DNA from: Malacoraja senta
Lineage: Eukaryota
Direction: 5' to 3'
Assembly (NCBI GenBank): GCA_038087875.1
Contig: CM075987.1
Span: forward strand, 20,152,001-20,216,000
DNA length: 64,000 nucleotides
The notes beneath the pieces are model-generated. The model was not told the origin of the DNA and ran no database searches. It saw nothing but the letters and a program-made list of their open reading frames with translations. Below, in pieces: positions 61,798-64,000 of this stretch. Both the position numbers and the translations under genes were made by a program. Within the stretch, counting starts at the first letter, position 1; every line of letters starts with the position of its first letter.

Positions 61798-62612
61798 AGA
61801 GATTAGAGATTAGAGATTCCTTTATTTGTCTTTCAGACCTTTCGGTCTGAACGAAATTTCGTTGCCTGCAGTCATACATATAATAATAAATAACAAAACA
61901 CACAATAAACACAAATTAACATCCACCACAGTGTGTTCACCAGGCACCTCCTCACTGAGACGGAGGCAAAAACCTTAAAGTCTCTGTCTCTTCCCTCTTT
62001 GTTCTCCCTCTGCGCTGAGGCGATCCAGGCTTCTGATGTTGTGACCCCGCCGGGTGTTGGTAAGTCAATCCCGCGGCTGAATCCGTGCTCCGCGACGGGC
62101 CGGTTCAAACTCCGTGGCCCGGGGTGGCCGAAGCTGCCGCCCTCCAGTCCAGCGGACGCAGCTGTAGTTGCGGGAGCTCCAGAAAAACAGGTCACCCACC
62201 TGTGACCTGCAAGCTCACGACAATGTCGTCCACCGGGCCCGCGGCCGAGCCTCCGGATTCAGGTCGCCACCAGTGTCCTCGGTCGCCACCGCTGGAACGC
62301 CACCGCAGACCCGAAGCAGGCCAGCCCCGCGCTGGTAAGTCCTGGCTCTGCCTCCGGAGCCTCGAGGTCGGTCGCTCGCAGTTGGAGTTGGAGGCCGTCA
62401 GCTCCGCCATTAGGCCTCGGCGCAGACGGAGGCAGAGAAGGGGGATACGACAAGAAAAAGTCGCATTCCCCCGAAGGAAGAGACAAAAATCATGTTTCAC
62501 CCCCCCACCCCACACATACACAACCCAATAAACTAAAATGTAACTAAAACAGGACAAAAGAAACCAACAAAAAAAGTAAAAACAGATGGACTGCAGGCGA
62601 GCCGCTGCTGTC
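61798..62612 (-). mobile_element. GC-rich non-autonomous retroelement with (AATCTCT)n tail, copy 2
   Basis: Same tail, hairpin and body as 49913-50863, but with a single internal repeat unit and a longer 5' end. Confidence 0.8.
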
Positions 62613-63359
62613 CATTAGTCCACAATATCTGTGCTGAACAGGATCCCAGGATCAAGAACACTATGTCCTCTGCCTGCACGTGATCCATATCCCTCCATTG
62701 CCTACATATCCATGTGCCTATCTAAAAGCCTCCTAAATGCCATTATCACATCTGCCTCCACCACCACCCCTGGCAGCACATTCCAGCCACCCACCACCCT
62801 CTGTGTAAAAAAACTTGCCCCACACATCTTCTTTAAACTTTCTCCCTCTGACCTTAAAGTTGTGCCCTCTCGTTTTTGGCATTTCCACCCTGAGAAACAT
62901 GTTCTTATTGTCTACCCTATCTATGCCTTTAGAATTTTGTAAACTTTTATCAATTCTTCCCTCAATCTCTGACATCACGAGAAAACAATCCTAGTCTGTC
63001 AAACCACTCCTTTTAGCTTGGTAGTTGTGGTTGTTGGATGTCAACAGCCCCAGGATATAACTGCAGAGGTTCCTCAGGAAAATATCCTAGGCCAATATAA
63101 TTTATGCTAGTGTATCATACACAGAGTTATTGGCTGCTGATTGCACAGTGGTCCATTTCATTCACATTTCCTCAAAAAAATTATAGTCTGTACCTTATCA
63201 ATTCATACCTGACAATCATGGGCTAATCAGTAGCAAGTAAAGTCATGCCAAAAAAATCTCAAAAAATAACCATCTCCAATTACCTTATCCTTCATTGTTC
63301 AATGGCCTGTGTTGCAGAATCAGGAGATTTGACGTCACCATGGACCTCTGGTCAGGAAA

Positions 63360-64000
63360 AAGATGTATGCATGGGACAGGTATAGGCAGCTGAGATCATG
63401 TGCATCCATGGAGGAGTTTTGGAAACTGAGGAGAATACTTAAGGAGGAAATCAGGAGGGCCAAAAAGGCGAAGGAGAAAGGTCTGGCAGATAATGTTAAG
63501 GAAAATCTAAGAAGATTACTTCAAAAGAGTGCATTCATGGAAAGTGGGTAACTAGAGAAAGAATAGGGTCCCTTAAAAAACAAAGCTGTCATCTGTGTGT
63601 TGAGCCCACAGGAAATGGGGAAAGTCCTCAATAAGTATTTCTCCTCTGCTTTTACCATGGAGAAAGACATATGAAACCTGGAACATTCAATGGACACGTT
63701 TTGAGGACAGTCGGTATTGCAGTCGGGGAGGTGCTGGACATCATAAGGTGTATGAAGGGAGATAAATCTCTTGGGCCTGATCAGATATATCTGAGGATAC
63801 GTCTGTGGGAAGTTTAAAAATAAATTGTGGAAGCTCTGGTTGACATATAAAAGTCATCATTAGTCACAGGTGAGGTACCAGAATTCTAGAGGGTGGCTGA
63901 TGTTGTGCCTCTATTTAAGAAGGGCTGCAAAGAAAATCCTGGGAACTATAGAACATCTTTGGAAGGCAAGTTTCTGGAGAGGATTCTGAGGGATAAGATA
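63360..64000 (+). mobile_element. Degenerate CR1 ORF2 fragment running off the window end
   Basis: Stop-ridden sequence encoding ..VVPLFKKG.KENPGNYR, upstream of CR1 RT. Confidence 0.75.

Noticed and set aside
36400..64000. Search for a second ORM-like paralogue or AKNA exons expected from mammalian synteny
   Set aside because: No GxW exon, signal-peptide exon or recognisable AKNA peptide found by eye. Divergent small exons cannot be excluded without TBLASTN or RNA-seq, and the gap at 48798 may hide sequence.

Overview
Eukaryotic, repeat-rich vertebrate DNA. The HE1/V-SINE, CR1, Rex1/Babar and Penelope repeat content points to a cartilaginous fish such as a skate or ray (inference). The first ~17 kb holds the 3' end of a clade C fibrillar collagen, best matching COL27A1. 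It has 10 coding exons on + (1219-14929), covering the end of the Gly-X-Y helix and an 8-Cys C-propeptide, plus a ~2 kb 3'UTR with clustered miR-29/let-7 seed sites. About 12 kb after the collagen stop codon, manual splicing gives a complete six-exon, 195-aa secreted lipocalin gene (+, 27093-36245; TATA box, signal peptide, GKWY motif, one GC-AG intron) that the ORF track does not show. It lies where ORM1/ORM2 (alpha-1-acid glycoprotein) sit in mammals and has an ORM-like cysteine layout, but it is basic and has only one N-glycan sequon. The rest is transposable elements: L1/Tx1, CR1, L2, RTE and Rex1/Babar LINEs, Penelope fragments with minimal hammerhead-ribozyme motifs, hAT and Tc1 DNA transposons, a non-autonomous Helitron, a MITE, and GC-rich non-autonomous retroelements with LINE-like 3' tails. 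There is a 200-N assembly gap at 48798-48997.
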